From Gemmatimonadales bacterium (GTDB lineage: Bacteria > Krumholzibacteriota > Krumholzibacteriia > LZORAL124-64-63), in assembly GCA_019038745.1 (NCBI GenBank), contig JAHOYV010000023.1, positions 18,482 to 82,481 of the forward strand: a stretch of DNA of 64,000 nt, in the 5' to 3' direction. The notes under the pieces are model-generated. The model saw only the letters and a program-made list of their open reading frames with translations. It did not search any database and was not told where the DNA came from. The stretch's first letter is position 1; each line of letters starts with the position of its first letter. The position numbers and the translations under genes are program-made. Shown here in pieces: positions 1 to 9,900 of this stretch.

Positions 1-491
1 AGCAACCACTCCCTTCCGGGAAAATCTGCGCCGCCGATCTCGAGGGAAGTGAGTCGATAGTGCGGCCCGGGCAGGATTCGAAGTGTGTCGGGTCCCGAAT
101 CCCTACCAGGGAAAGTTCTGACTTCTACGCCAAGATACCCTCGCTCAAACCAGCGGTTCCGTAGAAGGGATTCGCCAGAGAGGCCGGTTTTTCCTGAGGA
201 AGCGTCCAGAGTCGACTGCCAGATACTCCGCAAATCCGCTGCAGAGTCAGGGGAAATTTTCCCAAAATCCGGTACCGGCTGCATTCCGGAAAACCAGTGT
301 TTGTCTTGCTCGACCCAGGCCTTTTCGCGGGGACCTGCATCCCCCTCCCAAGCAAATTCAAGAACAGGCTTCGAATTTTCCGAGTCCTCTGCAAGGCCTA
401 CTGAAACCAAAAGAAGAACCAGGACCAGATTAAGGCAAAGACAGGAAGCAGACCCGTTAGAACCTGGCCGTGGATTCCAGTCGCAGATCAT
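1..491 (-). CDS. Secreted protein, N-terminal part only (C-terminus lies beyond the left edge); signal peptide followed by a POTRA-like segment (possible Omp85/BamA/TamA/TpsB-type protein)
   Basis: Absent from the supplied ORF track because it runs off the window. The reverse-strand frame is open from ATG 491..489 to base 1 (163 codons, no stop). AGGAGG lies 7 nt upstream of the ATG. N-terminus MICDWNPRPGSNGSASCLCLNLVLVLLLVSVGLA/EDSE looks like a Sec signal. The later segment NRWFERGYLGVEVRTFPGRDSGPDTLRILPGPHYRLTSLEIGG resembles a POTRA repeat. Confidence 0.5.
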   Translation of the reverse strand, partial: MICDWNPRPGSNGSASCLCLNLVLVLLLVSVGLAEDSENSKPVLEFAWEGDAGPREKAWVEQDKHWFSGMQPVPDFGKISPDSAADLRSIWQSTLDASSGKTGLSGESLLRNRWFERGYLGVEVRTFPGRDSGPDTLRILPGPHYRLTSLEIGGADFPGREWL

Positions 492-3400
492 GTTCCCACC
501 TCCTGTCGCTTCGCTTGCGGGCAAACCAGTTACCAGCCACTGTCAAATATCGGGTGGGTTCCCAGGACAAACGCAGGGAGGATTCCACATTCCTGCCTTC
601 AGAAGGAAAGAACCAGGGCCTCATTCCCGCTCCATCATCCAACGCCCTGACCTCGGACACCCGCAATTGACCCTGCAGACTCCATCGGTCGCTTACCCGT
701 AAACGTGTCTCCGGACGAAGGGCATACTCCCTTTGACTCACCTCGGACACCCCATCCCGACGAGTGATGTACTCTCCCTGCAGGGACAAGCGCGTTGTGG
801 GAGAAGCCCGGAAGACACCACCCGTTTCGGTAGTGTAGGTCAAAGTCGAGAAACTCCGCCGCGCACTGGCCAAACCTTCGCGGGAGTCTCTTCGCTCATC
901 CTTTCGCTGCCAGCGTCCATTCACCGTCAAACGGTCGGTAGCGTTGAAGGTCCCGTTAAAAATCATGCCTCTTGTAATTCTGTCTTCAGGATGTTGGGAG
1001 TACTGTCTGTCCAATGCCTGGCTGAAATCGAAACGTCCCCGCAGATCGATCCTTTTTCGATGCTGCAGGAGAATCACTTCCTCGACGAATCCCAACTCGG
1101 TCAAGACGGTGGCGTCCCGATCAAACAGAGTCTCCGGTCTCATGGTCAGCAGACCGGCGATGTCGCTTGTTGTACTGCGGCCCAGGAGATTTGCCTGAGT
1201 CAAACTGGACCAGGAGCTGAACCAGCGCTCCTTGCCCAGGAAGCCGAATCCCTGTCGCCAGCGCAGGTCGGATTGGACAGCAGTGGTTGCAACCAGGCTA
1301 TCGGTAGCCGCCAGAACGACTTCATACTCTCCCCGGTCTATCCCTACGTATTGCCCGTCCTGGTCATAATCACCCAGCTGCTGGCCCACGAAAGTTACCT
1401 GACGATCCATGACCATGGCCCGACTGTTGTCGAGACGGTAGCCCAGGGACCAGTCGCTTTCGGTCCGGGCCCAGTTTCCGGATAGATTAACCCGGCCCAG
1501 CCTGGTGGATTCCTCCGCCCCGCCGGGTAACAGGGTTCTGCGCCAGGTTCCTTCCCCGACGCACCGCATCCCGATGAACCGGCCGGTTGTCAGACCACTC
1601 TGTAGGGTTCGACTGTCCCTCTCCCCGGACCAGTTCTCGTTACGGAGTGAATCGGCCAGGGCACGCAGGAAATCCAACCGCCAAGTCAAATTCCCCTTGG
1701 CCGGGTTGGAAAGCCCGAATCCCATCTCGGTCAATTGAAAGCCGGATGCAGCGGATCCGGTTTTGGCCCGGTCTACCCACTCCCGCCTTGAATAGCGGCC
1801 GGAAGGAATCACGGGGCCGGCTCGCCAGTTCAGCTCGTGGATTCGTTCAAGCCTCTCGATTTCCAATGGATTTACTGAATCGGAGGCTGTGGCTCTTTGC
1901 TCCACGTGTTTCCCTTGTCCCCCGAAAAGAGTCCATTCCACCTCAGCGGCGCTTTGTCCAGCCTCCAAGGATTCTCCATGTTCTAAATCTCCGTAACGCC
2001 CCTCGACGGAGATCCGCTGTTCCTGATCACCGATTTCCCAGTTGGCCTCCAATCCCGACTCCCGATCCGATTCCTCAAGGAAGCCCTCGCCGCGAGCACG
2101 ATCGGCCAAACCCCAGGCGTCGTAGTGGAAGCGGTTCTTGCGTATTTGAAAAGGCCGGAAGCGATCCTGGCGAGCCTCATGAAAACCGGCCAACCCCATC
2201 TTTCCCAAATTGAATCCGCCCAGACCGATACTCTTTTCGGCCAAACGACCGGCTATCCGTCCGGCTGCACCGGCATTATCATGATCGTCTTGAATGGAGA
2301 GAAGGTTCAGATCATGCTGGGCCAGGTTCCACTCGGCGGCCAGGTAGGTCCCGACCGAATCCCCAAGACTGGCGGTAAATGTCGCCAAGCTTTGTCCTTC
2401 GGGCCTGGCCAGAGGGCGGCCGATCCGATAGGCGCCCAGGCCCACTCCCCGGTAAATGTGTATTCTGCGGCCGATTGAATCCAGTCGATCCAAGTCGTAA
2501 TCACCCTGCCCGGAGCCTGTGTAAAAAAATGCGAGGTCGTAATCTCCGCCTTCCTGATAAGTGTAGAAAGTGTCGGATCCCGCCACGGACAGGATGTACA
2601 ACCCGGTTCCCGGTTCGACCATCGTAACACCGGAGGCTACAGCCAGGATCGGATCGTCCCCGGCAGATCCCAGAATGGCCTCATCCTCTTCGGCCAGCTC
2701 ACCTGTTCGCAAACGACCGGGGTCATCCTTCTCGCGTATGATTCTGGCCCTTAGAAACGCTGATCCTCCCAAACCGGGGATCTGGATATTCGCGCTGGAT
2801 CCGGCACCGACGACCGTCCTGGAGTAGGGCCCCTCACCTTCCTCGAATTCGACCACGATATTCGACTCGCTGGTGATCAGACGACGGTAGGAAAATGTTA
2901 TCGTGCCCCGAACATAATCGATGACATAATCCCGGTCGCTGCCCCGCACCAAATGCGTTCCGTCCAGGTAAACCCGCTCGCTGCCGGCCACGATGAAGAG
3001 ATTCCCACTCCCGGCATCGGTGCCCAGATAGTACGGTCCCTGGTTGGATTCCTGGCCCCTGACCTGAAAAGTCCTGTACCTACCGCGAGGGGACCCGGCC
3101 AACACTTCCACGCCAACCGGACCGCCGCCGGCCTGAACCGAGATGCCCTGCAGTTTTCGTCGGTACCCTCCGAAGGCCGTGCCGGATCGCCGGGCGACGA
3201 AATCACCCAGCGTCGCTTGCCAGGTCGGAGCCATCAATTCCACCAGCACTTTGTCGATATCCCGTAATTGCTCCGTATTTCCTTCCGGAACCACCGGCAG
3301 ATTGTCATCGGTAAGGAAGGCCCGCACCGAAATCTCCGGCGTGAGATTTCCCGAGATGTCCAATCTCAGGTTCTGATCCACGGACATCTCTCTCCTGCTG

Positions 3401-3969
3401 CCGGAAGACACCTGGACGGACTTGCTTCCCCTTACGGAAAGCCCATCCAGCTCACCGGACACCGGCCGAACCTGGGCCAGGGGAGATCTCTTTCCCGAGA
3501 GATGGGAATCAGGCACGGGTGGGGAGGAGATTGGGCGAAGGTCCAACCTCGCAGGCAGAGGGATAGGTTTGAATCGATAGGAGACAATGGCCAAAACCCT
3601 TGAATCCAGACCTTGGAGCCCGGATAACGAATCATACGCAGCATTGCGATTCCAATTTCCCAGGGGCAGGATTCTACCCGAGCGACCTTGAAGCCGGAAA
3701 TCCTCTTCCGGAGCCCACTTCCTTCCTTCAACGTATAGCTGAAGGCTTCCTACATCAATGAAGCCGTGGGCCAAGGTCAGGGGTGAGCTTCCAGCCTCCA
3801 ACAAATGAAATTCCCGTTCCAAGGGCAGAACGTCTTCTCCTGAATCGGGCGACACCGCCATCGCCGAACCCGGGCAGATTTGGATCAGGATAAGGGTCAG
3901 TACGAGGTTCAAGAGCAAGTTCAGAAAATGGAAGGGTAAGGGTCGCAAGGAAGGACAGGCACGCATCAC
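457..3969 (-). CDS. Large secreted beta-barrel-type outer-membrane protein, function unknown (possibly a distant, half-size SprA/Sov-like protein)
   Basis: 1170-aa ORF starting at GTG 3969 or ATG 3966, overlapping the stop of the upstream gene (GTGATG). N-terminal signal peptide ...LILIQICPGSAMA/VSPD. The C-terminal half is rich in alternating R/S/T/L/G beta-strand-like segments and ends ...DLRLESTARF (terminal Phe, OMP beta-signal style). Confidence 0.6.
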   Translation of the reverse strand: MMRACPSLRPLPFHFLNLLLNLVLTLILIQICPGSAMAVSPDSGEDVLPLEREFHLLEAGSSPLTLAHGFIDVGSLQLYVEGRKWAPEEDFRLQGRSGRILPLGNWNRNAAYDSLSGLQGLDSRVLAIVSYRFKPIPLPARLDLRPISSPPVPDSHLSGKRSPLAQVRPVSGELDGLSVRGSKSVQVSSGSRREMSVDQNLRLDISGNLTPEISVRAFLTDDNLPVVPEGNTEQLRDIDKVLVELMAPTWQATLGDFVARRSGTAFGGYRRKLQGISVQAGGGPVGVEVLAGSPRGRYRTFQVRGQESNQGPYYLGTDAGSGNLFIVAGSERVYLDGTHLVRGSDRDYVIDYVRGTITFSYRRLITSESNIVVEFEEGEGPYSRTVVGAGSSANIQIPGLGGSAFLRARIIREKDDPGRLRTGELAEEDEAILGSAGDDPILAVASGVTMVEPGTGLYILSVAGSDTFYTYQEGGDYDLAFFYTGSGQGDYDLDRLDSIGRRIHIYRGVGLGAYRIGRPLARPEGQSLATFTASLGDSVGTYLAAEWNLAQHDLNLLSIQDDHDNAGAAGRIAGRLAEKSIGLGGFNLGKMGLAGFHEARQDRFRPFQIRKNRFHYDAWGLADRARGEGFLEESDRESGLEANWEIGDQEQRISVEGRYGDLEHGESLEAGQSAAEVEWTLFGGQGKHVEQRATASDSVNPLEIERLERIHELNWRAGPVIPSGRYSRREWVDRAKTGSAASGFQLTEMGFGLSNPAKGNLTWRLDFLRALADSLRNENWSGERDSRTLQSGLTTGRFIGMRCVGEGTWRRTLLPGGAEESTRLGRVNLSGNWARTESDWSLGYRLDNSRAMVMDRQVTFVGQQLGDYDQDGQYVGIDRGEYEVVLAATDSLVATTAVQSDLRWRQGFGFLGKERWFSSWSSLTQANLLGRSTTSDIAGLLTMRPETLFDRDATVLTELGFVEEVILLQHRKRIDLRGRFDFSQALDRQYSQHPEDRITRGMIFNGTFNATDRLTVNGRWQRKDERRDSREGLASARRSFSTLTYTTETGGVFRASPTTRLSLQGEYITRRDGVSEVSQREYALRPETRLRVSDRWSLQGQLRVSEVRALDDGAGMRPWFFPSEGRNVESSLRLSWEPTRYLTVAGNWFARKRSDRRWEHDLRLESTARF

Positions 3970-5033
3970 TGGTAAATGATTCGATAAACGAGAATGGCCG
4001 ACCGGGCGCGATCGGTCACAGCCAATTCGTCATTGGGCCCCACGGCCAGGTCCACCGGAGCCAGGGGCGTTCCCGCCAAATCGAAATCGTGTCCGGCGGA
4101 GAAATTAACATGTAATCTTCGATCCATAACGTGAATCAGCCCACTGCCCTGATCGGCCACAAATACGTTGCCGAAACGATCGACATCCAAACCTCGTGGC
4201 GACAGGAAGGGGTTATTTCGATCAAAATCTCCACCCACGGCCCCCTCGAAGAAACCATTTCTGCCGTAAAGGGACAGGCGTCGGTTGCCTCGGTCGGAAA
4301 CCAGAAAACTGCCGTCGTTCCGAAAAACGATTCCCGCCGGATCCTGGAACTGGTCATCCATGGGTCCGGGTCCCCCGACCCGCGTATGGAGGCCCAAAAA
4401 AGAATCCAACAGCAGGACCTCCTGTTGACCGGCGTCACCGATCACCATTCGCCCGTCCTGGTCGACAGCAAAACACGAAGGATGGACAACGGCCCCTGGG
4501 TCCAACTGGCGCACATCAACCAATTCGTCCCGCCAGGCACCGGAAAGATCAAAATGCTGAATTGATCCGTCGGCCTGATCCAGAACCAGAACCCGGAAAC
4601 CGTCAACACGCACATCGACTGGGTTGAAGGAGCGCCGATTGGGTGCTGCGAATTCGAACCAGCGTCGGGTGGAAGGGTCCAGCCCGAAGACCTTGCCCCG
4701 CAATTCGTCGCAGAAGATGAGAGTCCCATCGGGGCTGTAGCTACAGCCGGCCAACCCCTCCAGGGGATAGTAGGGAGCGGCGGCCGTGTTCTCGAAGGAA
4801 TACAGGAAGTCCAGGCCGATAACCGTCGAACCCGGGCGTGGTCCCGAATCGGATCCCATTTCTCGGGAACCCAACCGTGCGTCTGAATAGGCCTGGGGAG
4901 GCACGCATCCGGCTGTGAGGGTCAGGAGGCACCCGAAAAGTGCGAACACCGTCCAGAGTCCAAACATCCCGAAACCAGTTCGGTGGGAAAAAGAAGAAGT
5001 CCGCCATTTGGATCCAAATAACCGGCTGTCCAT
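3966..5033 (-). CDS. NHL-repeat beta-propeller lipoprotein
   Basis: Trimmed to ATG 5033 (GGAGA 5 nt upstream; TGATG overlap with the upstream stop). Lipobox LLTLTAG/C. Repeated NHL-like units, e.g. PAGIVFRNDGSFLVSDRGNRRLSLYGRNG, PRGLDVDRFGNVFVADQGSGLIHV and PVDLAVGPNDELAVTDRARSAILVY. Confidence 0.75.
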   Translation of the reverse strand: MDSRLFGSKWRTSSFSHRTGFGMFGLWTVFALFGCLLTLTAGCVPPQAYSDARLGSREMGSDSGPRPGSTVIGLDFLYSFENTAAAPYYPLEGLAGCSYSPDGTLIFCDELRGKVFGLDPSTRRWFEFAAPNRRSFNPVDVRVDGFRVLVLDQADGSIQHFDLSGAWRDELVDVRQLDPGAVVHPSCFAVDQDGRMVIGDAGQQEVLLLDSFLGLHTRVGGPGPMDDQFQDPAGIVFRNDGSFLVSDRGNRRLSLYGRNGFFEGAVGGDFDRNNPFLSPRGLDVDRFGNVFVADQGSGLIHVMDRRLHVNFSAGHDFDLAGTPLAPVDLAVGPNDELAVTDRARSAILVYRIIYQ

Positions 5034-5935
5034 CAGAATCTCCGAGAAACCGTCCACCGGGCCCCCGGGTCGGGAAGATCCGGCACCACGGCAAGTTTCA
5101 GGTCCAGACCCATGACACTCGATTCAATGCTGCCGTCCATTTTGTCCACGCCCAGAACAGCGTCCACCATTGAGACTACCCGATTGACAACCGCAAAGAT
5201 GAACATATAGTCCCGCCGATCATAGGAATTGTCGGCATCGCTCCAAAGGCGCCAGAAATCCAATCGGCGTTGATTGTTCACCCATTGCCAAGAGTCCGCT
5301 GCTAGGGTATCACCAGTGTAGTCTTCCTGTAGAGCTCGGGCTTCCCGCAAACGATCCTCGTCGAAAGCATCACTGTCCATGTATGATCCGACGTTGATCC
5401 AGTAGGAATCGGGGTGGGTGCCGCTGGTACCCGCGTAAGTCAGCGAGTAGTCGATGGCCGACTCGCGCCAGCTGTCGCCCATTAAATCAAAAACCACATA
5501 GGAACCCCAGATTCCAACCTCGATTCCACCCATGAGATAGGCTCGGGAACGATGTCCCACGTACCATTGGCCGGCTCCGGGAAATACCGCAGACAGCAGA
5601 CTGGCCTTCATTTTCCTGCCCAGGTTGCTGGTTTGGCCATCGCTATGGGATTCATCCGCAAGATTTGATCCGAACTCGTCGTCTCGCCGCCTGGGTTTCT
5701 TGTCATCAGAGGCCAGAACGGCCTTTGCCTGACCGGAAGCCTCGGCTCCCAGGACAAGGTATTCGGTGCGCAGGAAAGCGTCATGATTCCCATCAGAAAG
5801 CACTGCAGCATCAGCTGCTCCAAATCCCGCCGAAAGGACCAAAGCAAACAGCAGAGCCGGCAAAAACGGTAACCGCACCCTGAAATCGCGGCAAGCGGGT
5901 TTGATCTGAAATAGGATCCGCGGTGTTTCTTTCAA
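5033..5935 (-). CDS. Secreted/membrane protein of unknown function (paralogue A of a pair; PGxGQ-type hydrophobic hairpin motif)
   Basis: TTG start at 5935 with AGGAGG 5 nt upstream. Signal peptide LPALLFALVLSAGFGAADA. Motif SLLSAVFPGAGQWYVGHRSRAYLMGGIEVGIWGSYVVF. Ends ...WTVSRRF. Shares architecture with the 5970-6968 product. Confidence 0.65.
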   Translation of the reverse strand: MKETPRILFQIKPACRDFRVRLPFLPALLFALVLSAGFGAADAAVLSDGNHDAFLRTEYLVLGAEASGQAKAVLASDDKKPRRRDDEFGSNLADESHSDGQTSNLGRKMKASLLSAVFPGAGQWYVGHRSRAYLMGGIEVGIWGSYVVFDLMGDSWRESAIDYSLTYAGTSGTHPDSYWINVGSYMDSDAFDEDRLREARALQEDYTGDTLAADSWQWVNNQRRLDFWRLWSDADNSYDRRDYMFIFAVVNRVVSMVDAVLGVDKMDGSIESSVMGLDLKLAVVPDLPDPGARWTVSRRF

Positions 5936-5969
5936 GGCAGCCTCCTGTAAAAATCTAATCTTTCCCTCA

Positions 5970-6968
5970 TCAGAACGAGACCTGCGCAGCGAGTATACTT
6001 GGTCTATTCAAAGCAGGTTCGGCCAGGATGCGGACCTCGTGACCGGCTACCGCGAACTTGTCGTCGGCACCCCCCAACCACCCCTGCAGGTAGGCTACTT
6101 CCAGGACGCTGAAAAGGCGAAGCCCGATGTTAAAGTACATATAACGATCCTGCCGCTTGAACGCGTCGTTGGATTTCTCGCGCAGGACCCTGTAATGCTC
6201 TCTTTTTACCGAAGTCCAGGGCTGACGCAGGTCGCTTAATGCGCCGGTAGGCACAAAGTCCTCATAACCTTCAGGAGGATCATTGGGAGTTATAAAATCG
6301 TTCCACCCGAAAACGAACTGGTCCCACTTGCCCAGATTCTCGAAATATTCGCGCTCATCATCTTCCTCGCTGACCCACAGCGAAAGGTAGCTCAAATTGT
6401 CAACACTACCCATGGAAGAAATTGGGTCGTTGTCGTCATCGGTCAGTTTAAAATATTCCAGACCGATACCCCCCCATCTTTCCTCATCCACACTGGAGGG
6501 GTTATAAGCCTCGAACAGCAGATCCTCACTCCAGTTATCACGAGCGAATTTGTAATATTCAGTCTCAACCTCAAGGCCCTCGTCACCACTTTCCTTGGCC
6601 TTGTACCAGCAAAATGCGTCCGCAGCAATCAGGCCCAGGCCACGAATCCATTTTCCCATCAGGAGTTCACCCGAACCAGGCACAGCGGCCGAGGCCAAAA
6701 GCAACCACGGAGAATGATCACTTTTTCGGCTGGACCCCGGGACCATTTTTTCCTTCGCAGGCAGGAGACCGAACTCGTCCTTCTGAAAGTGTTGCCCGGG
6801 CATTTTCCCGACCGTACTGCTATTGATTTGATCCATAAGCCAAGCAGCTCGGTCGGTAGCGGAAAAGTCAGCAGCCGCTGCCGGACCCACCATCAAAAAT
6901 ACAGCGCCAAGAGTCAGAGCCAGGACGAGAGATAAAACCCACGGCCGGTTAAACTTGCTCGATGACAT
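5970..6968 (-). CDS. Secreted/membrane protein of unknown function (paralogue B of the pair)
   Basis: Trimmed to ATG 6968 (GGAGG 5 nt upstream). Signal peptide WVLSLVLALTLGAVFLMVGPAAA. Motif LLLASAAVPGSGELLMGKWIRGLGLIAADAFCWY. Acidic, W-rich central region. Ends ...ILAAQVSF (OMP-like beta-signal). Confidence 0.65.
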   Translation of the reverse strand: MSSSKFNRPWVLSLVLALTLGAVFLMVGPAAAADFSATDRAAWLMDQINSSTVGKMPGQHFQKDEFGLLPAKEKMVPGSSRKSDHSPWLLLASAAVPGSGELLMGKWIRGLGLIAADAFCWYKAKESGDEGLEVETEYYKFARDNWSEDLLFEAYNPSSVDEERWGGIGLEYFKLTDDDNDPISSMGSVDNLSYLSLWVSEEDDEREYFENLGKWDQFVFGWNDFITPNDPPEGYEDFVPTGALSDLRQPWTSVKREHYRVLREKSNDAFKRQDRYMYFNIGLRLFSVLEVAYLQGWLGGADDKFAVAGHEVRILAEPALNRPSILAAQVSF

Positions 6969-6993
6969 AGATGCCTCCAAAGGAACCCTCCCA

Positions 6994-9900
6994 TCAACGT
7001 TCAATGGCCAGGGTCAATATTTTGGTTTCGAATCCGGATCCGGCAGGGTAGACCAGCCGGCCGAAATACAGACCGCTGACCAGACCAGCCAAATCCATTT
7101 CCTGCTCGTTGACCACGCCACCGTCAACACGGAACTCATCTTGAAGGATCTCCTCCCCTTCCAGATTGTGCAGGAAGAAGCGGGCATTCCCTTCCTTGGG
7201 ACCGTAGAAACGAATCGTGACGGTATCATCCCGCAAAGGATTCGGATAGAAATACACCCCGGTTTCAGAAGCCGATGCCAGATCGGCGATCGTTATTACC
7301 TGGGCCGTTCCTACCGGTCCGGCGTGTTCCGGTCCGCCCCCGGCACCAAGCCATTCGCTTGTCCGATTGGAAGCATCGGTCGGGGCTCCCAGGTCGAAGC
7401 TCATGATCCGACCGTTGATATAATGACGATCCAGAGGCGGTCCGGTGTAACCACCAGGGGATGCAAGCCAAAGCACACGGCCCTCATCCTCCCCGGCTGG
7501 ACCTGAGCCTACAGCCATACCCGGCCGGCCGAAATCACCCCAGCGATAGGGAGTGTAATCAAGTAGTTTGCCCCCTGGTACAATACCGAAAAGGTGTCCA
7601 CCGGTGGTATTGAAAAACACCTCGTTGGCTCCGTCCCCGGTCCCGTCGGCCACTATCAGCGGCCCAAAAATTTGCACTGTTTCATCCAGGGGAAACAGCT
7701 CATTGAGAACTATGGGGAACCCTGTTGCTCCAGTCCCGGTGGGACTAACAGCCAAAATATAGTCGGCCGTGGCCAGCAGCAGATCGTGCCGTCCATCTCC
7801 ATCCACGTCGGCTACCGCCGGTTCGGCAATCAGTGCCGACTCGATATCAAGATGGTCAGGCAGTTCCGTAACTTGTCCGTAGGCATCAATTCCCCAAGCA
7901 CCGACATCCCCCCGGGCATCGAAGATGTGCAGTTGCACCGAATGGGGTAAGGGAACCACTGCCGTATAAACCGGTTGTTCCAAAGGAAAACGTACAAAGG
8001 AGTTCAAGCCTGGATTGGCAGCAAATCCGGAGACCGCCTGCTGCACCAGAACCCAGCCCGCCTCCGTGACTACAACCGCCGAAGATCCTTGATCAGGCAA
8101 ATCATCGGCAGAGGGAAGAACCAGAACCTGAGGAGCAGCCACCACGGTATTGCCATCGGTGAACTGTGGATCGATATCCAACCCTGAAATATCAAGTTCC
8201 CAAGTATCAGCTGTCACATCATTCTGCTCCAGCATGGCCACCGTTCCCGCATCGGGAACGCAGAGCCAGCGATCCACTCCCGCGGCAGTCCGCAGCGGAA
8301 CCGGCCCGTAGAGCAGAGTGTCGAACTCTCCCTCGAGTGACCAGTCCGGAACCGGAGGATCAGAAGAACCAGCCGGGGGAAGAATCAGACTCTGGACAGT
8401 CCCCGCTTTTGTGCCCAGCACCAGATGCCCGATTTGCTGGTTGTCCTGGAACAAGACCGGCGGCCCGGACAGCGGAGCATCCAATTGCAGGAAAGCTCCA
8501 ACCGGCCGATCAGCCAGCTGGGGCCAAGGCGCTGTGCCGTCAGCTTGCAGAGCGTACAATGCGGAGAGAAAATTCTCATAGTCCGGCTGGGGCCCGTCGG
8601 GCAGGGCCTCTGGAGGAGAATCGGTGAAGACAAGGAAAGTTTGATCACCCCGGGGCACTGAAATAAGGGAAGCAGGATTAATTCCCCTGGGTCCAACCAA
8701 ACCATCGGTCAGTTCGGCCTCAACCTCTTCAACCGCTCCCATTTCCCAGGGAAAACCGGGAACCCCACCCTGAATTTCGGCCTCAAAGCGCATGATTCTG
8801 GCGCCGACGTTTCCATCCTCCCTGATGTTGGAAAGGGAAACTCCGCTCCAGGAACGGTCAACGCAGCGGCTCGAGGGGAAGCCGTCCACGTACAAATTCT
8901 GAAATCCATTATACTCGCTGAAAGGATCGTTCGCCGAGCCGTACCAGCCCAGCACATACGCATCCAAAATGCCGATATCCTGGATCCCGTCGGCTTCCAC
9001 CAACCGCAAACCGTCTCCATCCACGTTGATGGTATTATCGTGCAGTCCCGCCTCGATGCGATCCATGTTCACGTGCCATACAAGAACCCCACCAGGGGGC
9101 AGAAAGTAATCGTAAATACCAGAATTAGTCCATTCATCGCCCGGCAGTTCTCCGCCTAGATAGAGGATGACGCCCGTATCCTCGTCCCGTACGAATTCCA
9201 GGGCAAGGTAGGGGACATCGTGCAGCTCGGGCACCCAGCGATTCTCCAGCAGGAAAAACTCCCGCGAGGAAACCCCTGCTTTAAGAACTTGCGGGTAGGA
9301 GGTGTCGAAGCCGTAGTCATCATATTGGGACACGGGCACCCATACCGCAGGCAACTCGTAGGAATCCGTCCGTCCGTCGACCTCTTCCATTTCCGCCCAG
9401 CCCAGGAACCATTTGTCCCAAGCGCCGAGCGATGGAGGCAGGACACCCACGGCGGTAACAATGGTGGTATCCCCGTCGGAAATTTTGCCCATCGTAACCG
9501 GCAGATTCGTGCCGGAATCCATCAAGTCCCAGATCCCCGCGTTGGGGGTTCCCATGTATGTATTGTAGATATCCACCAACCCCAACGAGTGGCCGAATTC
9601 GTGATAGAGGCCGGCGGCGATGCTGCCGGGGTAACCATCCTGAGTGGTGGTCTCGGGAATTACGGACACTTCGCTCAATGAGCCGATGGCCGCTCCCGTC
9701 TCGGTATCCTGACCAAGAAGCGTCATGGCCTCGCCCAGGGTCATGAAAAAGGTAGGTATATCATTGGGTGAATCGCCGTTGATGTCACTCTGCCAATCGC
9801 TGCCCGAATGGACAAAGATAATACGGGCAAAATCATTGTCGTCGTCGTACTCGGCCAGGTTCACCGTACCGTTGGCAAAGGTTGTCGAATCGGTCACGGC

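Noticed and set aside
85-702. 205-aa plus-strand ORF, and the 89-aa minus-strand ORF at 125-394, at the left edge
   Set aside because: Their products are Arg/Pro/Ser-rich and low-complexity. They overlap the 3' end of the 1170-aa gene and a better reverse-frame ORF (1-491) that has an SD, a signal peptide and a POTRA-like sequence.
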